Shown: positions 36,131 to 48,900 of the stretch, one piece after another
Layout: each line of letters begins with the position of its first letter
How positions within the stretch are numbered: the first letter of the stretch is position 1
NCBI GenBank assembly: GCA_001179505.1
Contig: CDMY01000091.1
Span: 124,001-188,000 of the forward strand
From: Vitrella brassicaformis CCMP3155
Lineage: Eukaryota; Protista; Chromerida
Direction: 5' to 3'
Length of the DNA stretch: 64,000 nucleotides
Translations under genes and position numbers: made by a program
The notes under the pieces: generated by a model
The model's database searches: none
Seen by the model: only the letters and a program-made list of their open reading frames with translations
What the model was told of the DNA's origin: nothing

Positions 36131-39100
36131 TGTGTGCGTGTGTGCGTGTGTGGGCATCTCATCGTGCCCATCTGTATTTCGATGGATGTATTGCGTGTCC
36201 GTCGATGGGTGCGTACGACTGCCCGCCTGCCTGCCTGCCTGGATGGATGGATGTGTGTGTGTGTGTATGGATGGGTATGGGAGGAGAAGTGAGCCCTCAC
36301 ATGACATGAGTGGCGCTGTCTGTAGCCATTAATGGTGCAGCGTGTCATTGGAGCAGTCGAAGTGCTGCAAGCTTAGACGTATTGACTGTGTGTCCCTGCC
36401 TGTATGCATGCATGTCTATGGATATGTTTCAATCCATCCCATCATGCATTAGTGTGGGTATATCATTAGGTTCAATCTGCATTATTGTGTCTGATGCTGT
36501 GGCTTCGTGTGAGTTGGGAGAGGGCACATACATCCTTCACGCACATACTTCACACGCATACTCCATGCACTCTCGGACTGACCGCGTGTCTCACTCGCCT
36601 GCCTGTCTCCATAAGTGTAATCCTACCGACTTCCTCCTTGCAGTTGACACGCCCGCTCCTTTTTCATGCATTGCGGACCTGACCATATGAGATGAAACGA
36701 TGATACCTCTCGACGGCCACTGGAGCCACTCGTGCCAGTCACCATCCATCGTACTGCCACTGCAAGCACCACTGCCGCCTTCCCCGCCCGATTCGCGGCT
36801 CTAAGGGCTCCCGCTTGCGGGGGCCTTTAGTTGGAATGGGAGATAAAGCCGAAGGGACGCCTGTTTCAAGCTCGCACAGGCTAAGCTTGCTGAGGGCACG
36901 AGAAGGAAGAGGGAAGGGAGGAGAGGCAAACGGCGATGCATTGCTGCGTTCTCTTCTTTACTCTGTCGTGCAGGTCGTCTTGAGAAGAAGGGAGAGGACG
37001 GGCGTGTGATAGACGCCTCCCCCGAGGCCACTCACGTTCATATGCGACTTAATTCGGGCGGTGCATGACTCGCTTCCTACCCCTTGACGGGCCCACACAT
37101 CAGGCGCAGCGATGGACGCATCGATGGGCTCACACAGGTCGGTAGTGAATGCGCAGAATGAGTTGGGGCTGTCATTCAGTCATTGGATGGCTTCCATATG
37201 GATGTCACATCTGCAGGTTAATGAAGACGGCGAAAGGCCTCGCCAGGATGAGCGAAATGCATTCCATCCAACGGCATCCGTCATGGTGTGCTCAGGACAG
37301 CCGTGCACGCCATGTGATGACTTCTGTGATCGCATGTGTATCCGCTACCCTTTGCAGGGTGGCCAGCAGGCAGTGCGTGAGGACTGATGGTTCTGTCCTG
37401 TGTCGGCCGGTGTCAACAAGTTAACACACAAGAAGCACAATGAACGGGTAACCAAGCATGAACACACAAGCGGAACACACAGACACTCTCTTTACCCCTC
37501 TCTCTTTGTCTGTGTCAGGAGAGGTGCGGCCCATGCGAGTGGTGTTCACAAGACAGTCATCATCCCCCGAATGTGGCTTTTGGTCGGTGTGTCCCTATCG
37601 ACTGAGCCAACGTGGGCACAAACGCATAACATAGAAACATGTGACACTTGCCAGCCAGTGTTCGCTTCTTTCCATCTTCCATCTTTCGTGCAGGGCGTAT
37701 GTGAACCCACCGATGTCGCTGCTCTCACGTAAGCAACATGACACGCACGTGCAGCGTTCGTCGAATAGCCAGAGGCAGCTTTTATTCTTGTCTGTGTGTC
37801 AGGAGTCCGTGTGAGGGGGAGTGAGTGATCGGTCATCGAGGATGGGGAGTGCCTGTCGGTCGGTCCGTGTGGCTTCTTCCTGGCGCCTTGTGATTGATGT
37901 TACCCAATCGATTGAGCCACTGTAGCCTCACCACAATGGATGGGTACAGACACAAGTGGGGCTCGGCCGCTGGCCTTCACTGACTTACATGTCATTTTTC
38001 GTGCAGGGCATATGGGTAGACACATGAGGGAGAGAAGGGTGTGGATGTCACTGCTCTCACTGCTCTTCTGTCGTGGCTTTGGTGGCTAATCTATCTGCCT
38101 GGCGCCGGCCATGCCATCGCTGTGTGCCAGGTGTTGAGTGGCAGGATCGGTGCATGTGCGTCTGGGCTGTTGATTTCAGTGAGGCGATGCGGTTTTCGAT
38201 GCCATTCCATGGAGCTTGAAGGCATCCACTCAGTGCCAATGAAGGTGAACAATATCTCTCCATACACACACTTGCAAACCATGACGTGAAAAGGTCAGCA
38301 AGAAACGCAAGCCATTCCGGTCCACAATGGCTGGCTGGTCGAGTGCTTTGAGCCTTGCTAAGGATCCACTAGAGGTCAATTGAAAAACCTCTGCAGACCC
38401 ATCCGGCCAGGCGAAAAGTGAGAGATCTCATTAAGGTGAGCGATTTCACCCAATCTCATCTGCGGCAGCAGCCATCCTCTCCGCCTCTGTCTGCCTTTAA
38501 TGGCCTCCTCTTGTCCGCAGAAAAGCGAAATTCAAATTTAAAGCGGCGAGAGTTTTGCGAGCTCGAGACGGAGACAAAAGATTTACGAGTTTACAGCAGT
38601 TTCTTCAATTTTCCGTCCGCGTTCGGCTTTCCAGCCTTGTTTTAGCCACAGATCCTCCGTTTCTTTCTCTTTTCGGCTGGCTGTTGACTTGTGTTGTCCG
38701 CCGCATCTCCCTCTACCCTTCCCAACTCGTCCGGATTTCATCCGCCACTTTTTTCCTCCACCGCCGTGCCCCGGGCGAGGCCTCGTCTGGTGGCGCCCTG
38801 ACTTCTGTGAAGCGGCTGGCGACTGCGCGGCATCAGCTGAGTGCGCAGGCGCCTTCTTTGCGCATAGACCGATCTCCAGCAGGTGAGTACATATGAATGT
38901 GGCCTAGTGCGTCATGTCTCTTGGGTGTGGCGATGATTTGGTGTGTGGATGATGTGTAGGGATGAAGGCATGGTGCATTTCGTTGCCATGGGTGTGCTGA
39001 GATGCCTCCTGTTGTCGTGTTTGTGCGTGCAGATGAAATGGTGGTTTGTTCTTTTCATTACCGTCTCATGTTCTCGACGCATTTGTCTGAAGGTTGGTGA

Positions 39101-39785
39101 GGTGGGTGAGTGCCTCACTCAGTCTCATGTTCATGTTCACGTCGGGTTTCCTCTCTGCTGCTTTTCAGAAACGCGATCCTTTGGCCCGACGAAAAAAGCG
39201 AGAAAAGGAGACAGATTCAAAATTGTATCTGATTCATCGTTGTCTCTTGCAGCCGGCCGAGAAGCTTTCCCAATGACGACAACCTCCTGACCAACAGGAA
39301 GCATGCGTATGGAAGCCACAAAGGTAGTCGTTTATCCACGTGCTGATTCCTTCACTAGAAAAACGAGCTGTGTCTTCAGACAAAGGCGGAGCTTCTGAAT
39401 AGGCCAGTCGCCTCATTCGCGTGACGAACACTCGACATCAGTCCCTTTTGCCTTCTCTTTCAGCTCAGCGAGAGAAGTCTGGCGGTGGCATTTTCTTCTT
39501 CCCCTCTCCCAGTGGCCGGAAAGGCAGGTAAGTAAGGCAGAAAAAAGAGGACAACGCACAATTTGCTCATGTCTCCTCTGTGTTTCCCGCACATTTGGCC
39601 GCTTTGGCGGCCATCTACCGGCCCCAAGCTGCAGCACCGACTGGTAACCCCCGAATATGACATCCATCCATACATGTGCAGACCCTCGTGTAACTGGCTG
39701 CTCCCCCCGGTCATCGCCGTCATTCCAGGCCGTCAGGAGTCCTTCACTGGGGGCCTGTTGAAGACCTTTTGTCTCTCTTCTTGTC

Positions 39786-40861
39786 TTGTGGGGGCGGCAG
39801 CGTCTCAAGCCCATGTTCTGCATCGCCAAGGATTTGGGTGACCTGTTGAGCGGCAGCAACAGCTTTGTGCCATTCGGTCGCTTCCGGCGGTCTTTCCATC
39901 TGCCCGACGAGTGCCATCGCACTCAGATGGGCCTGGCGCGGGGGCTGGGGACTTACGACTACCTGAGGGCGCCACAGTTTGACCTCGAAGACGTCCACAA
40001 CGACAGCTACTCCCGCACGTACTTTGACCTGCCCGAGAAGTACAAGTACGACCAGACCACCCAGACGGGCATTGGAGCCGCCGACACGTTCTACTTGCCG
40101 GCGCAGCGCAAGACCACCCACCCCCAGGACACCACCTGCTCGTCGCGCAAGGATGGGCTCGGGCAGCGCAGCAGCCTGACGGAGATGGGCACCTGGAGCC
40201 CTCATAAAGGGCTCGACTAGGATGTCCGTGGTGCAGCGGCAGGTCAGGGTGCTCGAGAGGGCCGAGTGGGAGGGCATGAGGCACTTTGCCAGGCTGAGGG
40301 GGGTAAGGAAAGACAGCACAATGGGCGGGGAGAGGACACACATACATACGCTACGCTCACTCACTCACTCGACCACACTCGATCTCTGTGTGTCTGATGT
40401 GGCCATCTCCCTCCAGGTCTATCATCAGCATGACGTGTCGTTCTTCGAGCTCGAGGATTTGGGCAGCCACACGTCGCTGCACGGACGCCTCTTCTCCCGG
40501 AGTGCGCCCAGCTAGAATGCGGCCCAACGGCAGCTCATCGAGACGCTCAAAAAACTCTGCGTCTATGTGTGTATGCCAAGAGACACACCACACACGACAT
40601 GGTGCAACACAGTGGATGACGTCGTCTGTGTGTGGCTTTGTAGGTCATGGGACCTGAAGGACTACTTAGTCGACGGCAGCGGCACCGTCAAGATCGCCGA
40701 TATGAATGGGGGCCGACACTTCCATCCGTACAGTCAGGTCCGACCCCCCACCCCCCAACAGACATCACAGCGACACACACGATATCTCTTGGTGTGTGCA
40801 GGATGGGTCAGTAATGTACTGCCGAGATGTCTGTGGCGAGCAGCACATCAAATCGCCTGAG
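39786..40861 (+). pseudogene. Degenerate kinase-like gene, tandem copy 1 (internal stops, truncated after ...HIKSPE)
   Basis: Homologous to copy 2 (HPQDT..SSRKDGLGQ, VLERAEWEGMRHFARLRG, SWDLKDYLVDGSGTVKIAD); TAG stops at 40218-40220 and 40513-40515. Confidence 0.7.
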
Positions 40862-40937
40862 GTCTGTCGCGCCCACACACACACAGACAGACAGACAGAC
40901 GAGAAGGCACTTTCATGTGTGTGTGTGTGTGTGTGTG

Positions 40938-42157
40938 TTTCTGCCGCGAGGCGACTACGACCAGGCCAGCAAGATGGGCGTCGGAGCGGCCAACGGGGAC
41001 TACTTCCCGGCGGAGAGGCTGGCCAACCACCCCCAGGACACCTGCCGGTCCTCACGCAAGGACGGCTTGGGGCAGCACAGCACCCTGGCTCAGGTGCCTA
41101 ACCGGGGGCAGGTCATGGGGGATGACTGGATGGGGCGGGTCCAGCGGCAGGTGGGAGTGTTGGAGAGGGCTGAGTGGAAGGGGATGAGCCACTTCGCGAA
41201 GCTGCGCGGGGTAAGCGCAGCACCACGGATGGGCGGTGCACAGCCACCTTCACTCGTGTGTGTCTGCTGTGGCCATCCCTTTGCAGGTGTATCATTATCG
41301 GGAGTGGTCGTTTTGCGAGTTCGAAGATATGGACAGCTACAGCACGCTCCACGGGCGCCTCTTCGCACGAAAGGCGCCCATGAGCGAACACGAAGCCCAC
41401 CATTGGACAAGGCAGCTAGTGGAGACGCAGCAGGAGCTCAAGAAACTCCGCGTCTATGTCGGGTATGCCCTCAGATACACACACGACATGGTCCAACGCA
41501 CTGAGTGATGTCACCTGTGCGGCTTTGTAGTTCATGGGACCTGAAGGACTACTTAGTCGACGGCAGCGGCACCGTCAAGATCGCCGATATGAATGGGGGC
41601 CGACACTTCCATCCGTACAGTCAGGTCCGACCCCCCACCCCCCAACAGACATCACAGCGACACACACGATATCTCTTGGTGTGTGCAGGATGGTTCAGTA
41701 ATGTACTGCCGAGATGTCTGTGGCGAGCAGCACAGCACACCGCCTGAGGTCTGTCGCGCCCACACAGACAGACAGACAGACGAGAAGGCACTTACATGTG
41801 TGTGTGTGTGGTTTTTTTTGCCGCTGCTGATGTCCAGATTGCCGCCAGGCACGCCACCTTTGACCCCGACAAAGCCGCCGTATGGATAATAGGGTGGTTA
41901 CTCGACAACTTCGACACACACACATACAGACAGACGCCATATTCTCTCGCGCTGGGTGCGGCAGGTGTGTGCTGCAGAACATCCTGTTCCACCCCTATAG
42001 CCAGGGCACCCACAACTGCCGGCTGATCACCAACGAGGCCGCCGACTTCATCCAGACAGCCACAGCCACCGGCCCCCAAGAGCGACCGACACTGAATGAG
42101 TTGCTGCGCCATTCCTGGTGCGCTGGGAAGGACACACCCGCCACGCTGGTCGGCTGA
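40938..42157 (+). CDS. Degenerate CAMK-like kinase-fold protein, tandem copy 2 (open frame, but no in-frame 5' acceptor or start found)
   Basis: Spliced: KMGVGAANG, VLERAEWKGMSHFAKLRG|VYH, WTRQLVETQQELKKL, VG|SWDLKDYLVD, KIADMNG, CGEQHSTPPE|I..FDPDKAAVWIIG, AADFIQ..PQERPTLNELLRHSW. Confidence 0.65.
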
Positions 42158-42529
42158 TTGACATTGTCCCTTTATGTGTGTGTGTCTCGGATTGATCAGG
42201 GTCCTGTTTCCACCGCCCGGCGCCGTCGCTTCTACGCTACCACCACTGTGCACGGGGAGGGCAAGGCTTCGAGCGTGCGACGGGTGGGTGACGTATAGGA
42301 CCGAGACGGTCGAACAGCAGCTCACGCCGGCTTCGAGATCGATGGATTGCCAACAATGAATGATGAGGTTAGTCCGGCAAGCAGAGCTAAGTTTCGCTTC
42401 TTCATGCAGTCCTTGATGTGTCTCTTCTGTGTCTGCAGCACTTTCTCATCGCTGGCTACATTTTGTATCTTCTCGAAGGGGATCAACATATTCACTCGCG
42501 CGCTGCAATGGTATGTGGCATCATCCCAG

Positions 42530-43090
42530 GGAGAGACGTAGGGCGGCGATGGGCGATACATCCCGGACTTCGACGTCCTCTCGGTGCCCCAATACGATCT
42601 GCAGGATGGCCCGCACTTACTTCGACTGGGACGGCCACCATCAGGACACACATGAGGGCAGCCGACTGTCGAGGAACGGGCTCGGGCGGCGCAGCACGCT
42701 GCTGTGCGTGGACACGGCCAACGAGGAGCCTGGCAACGCCATGCAGGGGGTGCAGCTCAAGACTGCAGCGGGTACAGAAGGAGGGACGAGAGCACTTCGC
42801 CCGCATCCAGGTGATAAGCCAAATGTGGTCATCGCCCCTGGTGGGGGGGAGGGGGCGAGGCGTTCAGACATACATGTATTTCTCTTGTCTGTAATATGTA
42901 GGCGTATCATCATCGAAAATACACATTCCTCGAGTACGGAGACCTCCGGGGGTGGACTACCCTGCAGAACCAGCTCACCAGCTCGACGAAGGAGGGGCGG
43001 TCATGACTGAGAAGGCGGCGAGCGGGTGGGCAAGGGAGCTTCTGGAGAGGCACAGGGAGCTGAAGCAGATGGGCCAATACTTCGGGTACA
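42530..43090 (+). pseudogene. Degenerate kinase-like gene, tandem copy 3 (several frameshifts, N-lobe only)
   Basis: Homologous pieces fall in different frames: VLSVPQYDLQD / ARTYFD..HQDT..SRNGLGRRSTL / LQRVQKEGREHFARIQ / YHHRKYTFLEYGDL / MTEKAASGWARELLERHRELKQM. Confidence 0.6.
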
Positions 43091-43462
43091 CACACATAGA
43101 CACACAAGAGGATTGATACACACTCCACTCAATGCACGGAGGTAGGCTTTGCGAGGGTGCCACCAGCAAGCAGGTGGCGTCCTGTGAGAGAGCAACCTCA
43201 ATCGCGTGAGAAGTTGAGAGAACAGCCATATTGAGCTCGTGAGTACCTCTTGGTTGGAGTCGGCGGATATAGGTGGGCGAGCAAGTATGACAGGAAGTTA
43301 TTCGCACTCATGCGTGTGATGTCTGTGGATTCCGATGCTCTTCGTTGTTGACGCAGTGACGTGATAGCCGTCGGGCGAGAAGGCATGTTTGGATACGGTC
43401 TTGAATGTGGCCCAGCGCCCTCCGAATGAGACGCCTTCAACACCACCAAACTACGCCAGCGT

Positions 43463-45564
43463 ATGCCCATGCTGAACTATAGCTCAACAGCGGCTGAGGT
43501 CTTCTTTCCTGTGTCTCCAATGAATGCATTCACACCCACCGAAACACCCGTCGTCCGCCCATTGAACAAGCGCACCAGCCGAACCTCATCTCTCTGGGCG
43601 CCGGCCGTTCAGCAGCACGGCGCTGACGGTGTTGGTGTGAGTGCGCTGGGTGGTGGGCTGGGGATGGGCGTGGGTATGGGTGGTGTTGCTGGTGCTGGTG
43701 GCGAGAGCGTGCCGAGCGGTGGTGCTGGCGTAGCTATCAACGTTCCTGCCATGAGGTACGCAAACACCAACACGTCACACGCCATCCATCGCCTGCCGCG
43801 TATTCGTGTGTTGTGTTGTCTTGTGTTGTGTGGTGTGCTCTTTGATGCAATTCGGAGCGTTTGGGACTTCGTTCGCGACGATAACACCACACTGCCAGAG
43901 GTCCGCGCAGACAATCAGAAGACTCGGGCGTTTTGCGTGTGTTTGCAGGTGTCATCGTTGCCTACATTTTATATCCATTAGACGGATGGCATCGATCCTC
44001 ACAGACACACACAGAGACACACAGCACATCGACACACACAGAGGCGCAATTTGTCTTGTGTTGTTGTGTGTAGGACGGCTCATTAACGAGCTGCATCGAC
44101 CTTCGTGGCGAACAGGACCGCACACCATTCGCCACATTAGCAGACGAGATGCTTCACTCGCCCGCATATGTTTGTGCTGTGTACCTGTTGCTGATGTCCA
44201 GGTATTCGCAGAGAAAGGGCTGATCCGCAAAGTGGCTGGACTCGGGACTGCGAGACAGACGACCACCCGAGATACTCACATCAACAGGCCGAGACACAAA
44301 ATGACCGAAGTGATGGGGCGACTGCCATTTGCATCGTTGCGGTGAAGCCGGTCTATGGGGTAAGCGCCACTGAGTGATCACATTACATCAATCTCCCATC
44401 TCTGTCCATCTCTCAGGCGGCTGGGGAGGGCCTCCACGACCCGTGGCAGGACCTGGATTACGGCCAGCTGCGTGGCGCCGACGACGGGCGCAGGCTCGGC
44501 TACAGTGTCATACCACCCGCGCCCAAACCCATCGGCAATCGCACAAGTATGAAAGTTGCCCACAACACGCACCTCCCTCTTATCGTGTGGGTGACCTTTC
44601 ACTCATCGGTCTGTTGATGTCCTGTATGTCACCTTCAGCGACGGATCGCAAGCCGTTGGAGGAGGCTTGTGCAAAGGTTCCCACGCCACAGCGATGAATT
44701 GATGGGGCACAACACATCAGAGGCATCGATCCATCGTTCGTGTGTGCGCTACTTGTGCAGTGTGGTGCCCGGGTACTACGGCGCCCCTGCAGCTGCCGCT
44801 GCCGTGCCCGGAAGACATCTCTAGCCAAGGCGCAGCAGGGCTCGACGGTGGACGAGTTGTGTTGGATATACGATGGCATTCCCGAGTGGGTAAGCGATCC
44901 AGTGCATTGAGAATGAGATGCATGAAGGGCGGCTCATTCATGGCGCTGCATTGCATGGCGGTCTCTCTCTCTCTGTGCAATGGACTGTGTGTGCAGACTC
45001 GTTTGTGTGAGGAGGGTCGGCTGAGGGCGTCGCAGCTCCAGACGTACCGGAACATCGAGGCCCAGGTTGTTGCCAAGAAGAAATCAGAGCTCAAGAGTGA
45101 GCACTGGATAGACGAACAGAATGCCATTGAATGGACCCACTCGACTCAAATCGTCCATCTTGCCTTGCCTCTTTCTCTGTCTGTGTGTGTGCTGCTTGTG
45201 CCTCAGGCTGGTATGGGTACCCCACGTACTACAGCCCCACCCACAACTACGGTGCATCGACGGCCATGTGAGCGGCATCCACACACACATTCACACACAC
45301 ACACACACATTCACACACACATTCACACACATAGGCAGGCGGATGGATGGATGCACCACTTGCCCTTGCTCTCTTGGTTGGTGCAGGACCCTGGGCGTGC
45401 CTGCAGCGGCTGCCGCTGGCAACTACTACGGCTATGGCTACACCAACATACCGGGCATGGGGGGCGGTGCTGCCGGCGGTAGTGGCGGGTGGGAGTGGTA
45501 TTCGGGCGCGCCAGGGCCTCCCCAGCGGCCCCCCCACTTCAAGAAGAAACCCTGCTGCGGCTGA
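43463..45564 (+). CDS. Hypothetical multi-exon protein ending ...PPHFKKKPCCG
   Basis: AG/GT-bounded coding-like segments (FAEKGLIRK, STVDELCWIYDGIPEW, QLQTYRNIEAQVVAKKKSELKSEHW) and a Gly/Tyr-rich last exon. The exon chain is not fully resolved. Confidence 0.45.
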
Positions 45565-45598
45565 TGAAGAGCTAGACACATACATACTCACAGGGGGG

Positions 45599-45898
45599 NN
45601 NNNNNNNNNNNNNNNNNNNNNNNNNNNNNNNNNNNNNNNNNNNNNNNNNNNNNNNNNNNNNNNNNNNNNNNNNNNNNNNNNNNNNNNNNNNNNNNNNNNN
45701 NNNNNNNNNNNNNNNNNNNNNNNNNNNNNNNNNNNNNNNNNNNNNNNNNNNNNNNNNNNNNNNNNNNNNNNNNNNNNNNNNNNNNNNNNNNNNNNNNNNN
45801 NNNNNNNNNNNNNNNNNNNNNNNNNNNNNNNNNNNNNNNNNNNNNNNNNNNNNNNNNNNNNNNNNNNNNNNNNNNNNNNNNNNNNNNNNNNNNNNNNN
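45599..45898. other. Assembly gap (300 N)
   Basis: Run of N. Confidence 1.
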
Positions 45899-47248
45899 CC
45901 CCCCACGCTCACACACCCCACACACAGCCATGAGTTTTAGTGTCACCCTCTCTGTCTGCAGTAGCACCAGAAACAGCAGCCAGCAGCAATCTGTACATTT
46001 CGCACATCCAAACACCAGCAGAACCACAGGCACACCCACCCACCCACCCCTCCTTTCATTCGAGCATACCTATGGCTGAATGAGCCACTTATAGTAGCCA
46101 GTTGGAAAACACCCACACACACGCACACACGTGTGCTGCCCTTCACCAGTGCGCCAGTGCGTGTTGTATGGGGCGCACACAGAGGTCTCTCTGGTCTGTG
46201 TCAGGTCGGCAGCCATTCCTCGCAGAAGAAGAGCAAGTAGTCTGTCTGTTCGACGCCCTTGGCATTAGAAAACAGTTGCCCGCTCTCTCCCTCTCTGCGG
46301 GGTGTGTGTGGGGGGGGGAAGGGTGGAGAAGGCGGTTGACAAAACCGAAAGGAGAATGAGAATACGACGCCACATGAAGAGCAAAAGCAAAAGCAAAATC
46401 AGATGCAGAACGGTCAATAGGTATCCACGAGTCTCTCTCTCTCCCTCTCCCTGGTTCGCTTAAACGCCAGCCATCGACACGACGCCATCGGGAAAACGAC
46501 ACACAGCCAGACGGACAGAAACGAGTCGACTCCACCCATCCATCCATCCATCCAAAACGGTTGCATACACACACAGCCAGGCAGGCAGGCAGGCAGGCAG
46601 GAAAACAGGCAGGCACCGCACATTCGCTTCGACTCGACAGACAGACAGACAGACGGACACAGGAAAACCAAAATCACTCCAAACCATGTGGCACCAAAAA
46701 AAAAAACCCATGTAGCCATTCAGTCGGCCATCCATCCATCCAGAGAAGTAGGTCCGCAGAAAGGGGGCAGGGCATGGCGGGGCGGGGCGTACGGACAAAG
46801 CGGGGAGGGGAGGGGAGGGGAGGGAGGGGGGCCGATTCACGCCCTCCCTCCCTCCCTCCAGTAGTCTTTTTACAGACTTACTTACGACGTACGTGTGAAT
46901 ATTCTTCGCAGGCAGGCACGTGGACAGGCAGGCAGGCAGGCAGAAAGAAAGACAGTCATAGGGCAGAAAGACAGTCATAGGGCGCGGCGCATACTCACAC
47001 ACACAAACACGCCACGCCCCTCTCTCTCTCTCTCCCCTGCACGACGTAAGCAGGTGTGTGTTGGTGGCACCGCCCTGATGCATCCCCCCACACCACACCA
47101 CACCACACTACACCACACCACACACATCCCTATAAAAGGAATGCGACCCCTCCCTCCCTCCCTCCCTCTCAGTCTCCTCTCCGCAGACCACACTCAGCCA
47201 CGCAGAGAGAGAAAAATCAACCCAAGCCCCCCCCCCACCCCCACTCAC

Positions 47249-48753
47249 TCATTGTATCCCCAGCTCCTTCGACTTGCTGGTCTTGACGACAGGCTGCTGC
47301 TGTGGCTGCATCTCGGGCGACGAGTCGCCATCCTGCGTCGTCATCGACGGCGAGTCCAGCTCGCCCCCTTGGCCTGGGCCTGGTGGGGTGGTGGAAGCCT
47401 TCTGTGCGGCGGCGCTGTGTGCCGCGTGTGACGGCGTGGGCACGCAGCTTATCGTGGCGAGCCCGGGGTACCACATCTCCACGAGCTCACAGAGGGTGGC
47501 AAAGGCGGCCTCGAGGTCGTCGTTGACGAGGTTGTAGTCGAAGCCGACCTTGTCGGCCTCCTCGATCTCCTTGATAGCGTTGGTGAGGCGCTTCTTGACT
47601 TTGTCCTCACTCTCGGTGCCGCGGCCGCGCAAGCGCGTCTCGAGCACCGAGAGGGAGGGGGGCCGGATGAAGACATAGTGGGCCTGGCTGGCCAAGGCGC
47701 TATTCTTCACCTGCAAGACTCACACACAGACACACAGGGAGAAATGGGCGTGTGTGAGAGAGTGGGAAAGGGCAACGGCCGGACCTGCTTGACGCCCTGG
47801 ACGTCGATCTCGACGATGCAGACCTTGCCCTTGCACCTGACGCGCTCGACGGCCTCGATGGAGGTGCCGTAGACGTTGCCGTGCACTTCGGCGTGCTCCA
47901 GGAACCGGCCCTCCTTGACGGCCTTCAAAATCCTCTCCTTGGTCTCAAACAGATAATGCACACCATGCTCCTCACCTGCACACACACAAGCGCCGTGCCC
48001 AACACCTCCTTCCACCTGTCAATCTGTCTGTCTGTGTGCGCGTGTGTGTGGTGGTGTGTTGCGCATGCTCACCAGTCCTGGGCGGCCTGCTGGTGTGGCT
48101 GACCGAGAAGCCGAAGGCCTTGGGGTACTTCTCCCTCAGCTTGGCCACCAACGTCCCCTTGCCCACCCCAGACGGCCCCGCCACCACCAGCAGCGGCTGC
48201 TGCTGCTCCAGATGCATCCCCTTGGCCCCACCCGCAACCTCCCCCCCATAGCCGCCTCCGTACGACGCCCTCGTCGACGCCAGGCTGAGCGTCGACTGGT
48301 GCGGCGAAGAGGGTTTGCCAAACTCGCTGTCAGGCTCGCCGCCGCCGCCGCCGCCGCCATGATGGGCACGCTTGACCCCGACCGAGATTGAGGGTTCGAG
48401 CAGTCGGAGGCCCTGCTGCACAGCGGGATTGTAGAGAGCGTGGTGGTGGAAAGAGGCTTTGACGGGGTAGGCACTGGGGTTGCGGGGCGGGGGGAGGAAG
48501 GACGAACCGGACAGAGCGCCCGACATCGACAGGTTCGACGCGGAACGGGCCGCAGCTGCCGATACTGATGCCGCCGACGCCGCCTGGCTCTCCATCAGCA
48601 CGATCCCGCCAAGAGCAACAGCCCTGCCGGTCGCCAACAAGACCGCTGCTGCTGAGAGCACCGTCCGCACCCCACTGCTGCCGGTTATTCTGCCGACAGA
48701 CCGACAGACGGGGTGAAAACGACCAAGGTCAAACGCTATGCTGACAACCTCAT
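47249..48753 (-). CDS. gmk: Guanylate kinase with a long N-terminal, organelle-targeting-like extension
   Basis: [29 protein letters not shown]|[74 protein letters not shown]. The start is inferred (ATG at 48753 plus a short intron); the ORF tool's GTG is at 48670. Confidence 0.95.
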
Positions 48754-48900
48754 GTCAGCCTCACACACCCCTGCTCCCGCGCCGAGGTGTTTTCTCCTCT
48801 TCTGTTTTCTTCGAGTCTTGCGAGCTCAAATCGCCTGTGAGGAAAGGATGCCGCGGGGGAAAAAAGAGAGAGATTTGGAGGTTGAGAGGCCCAGCGTGTA

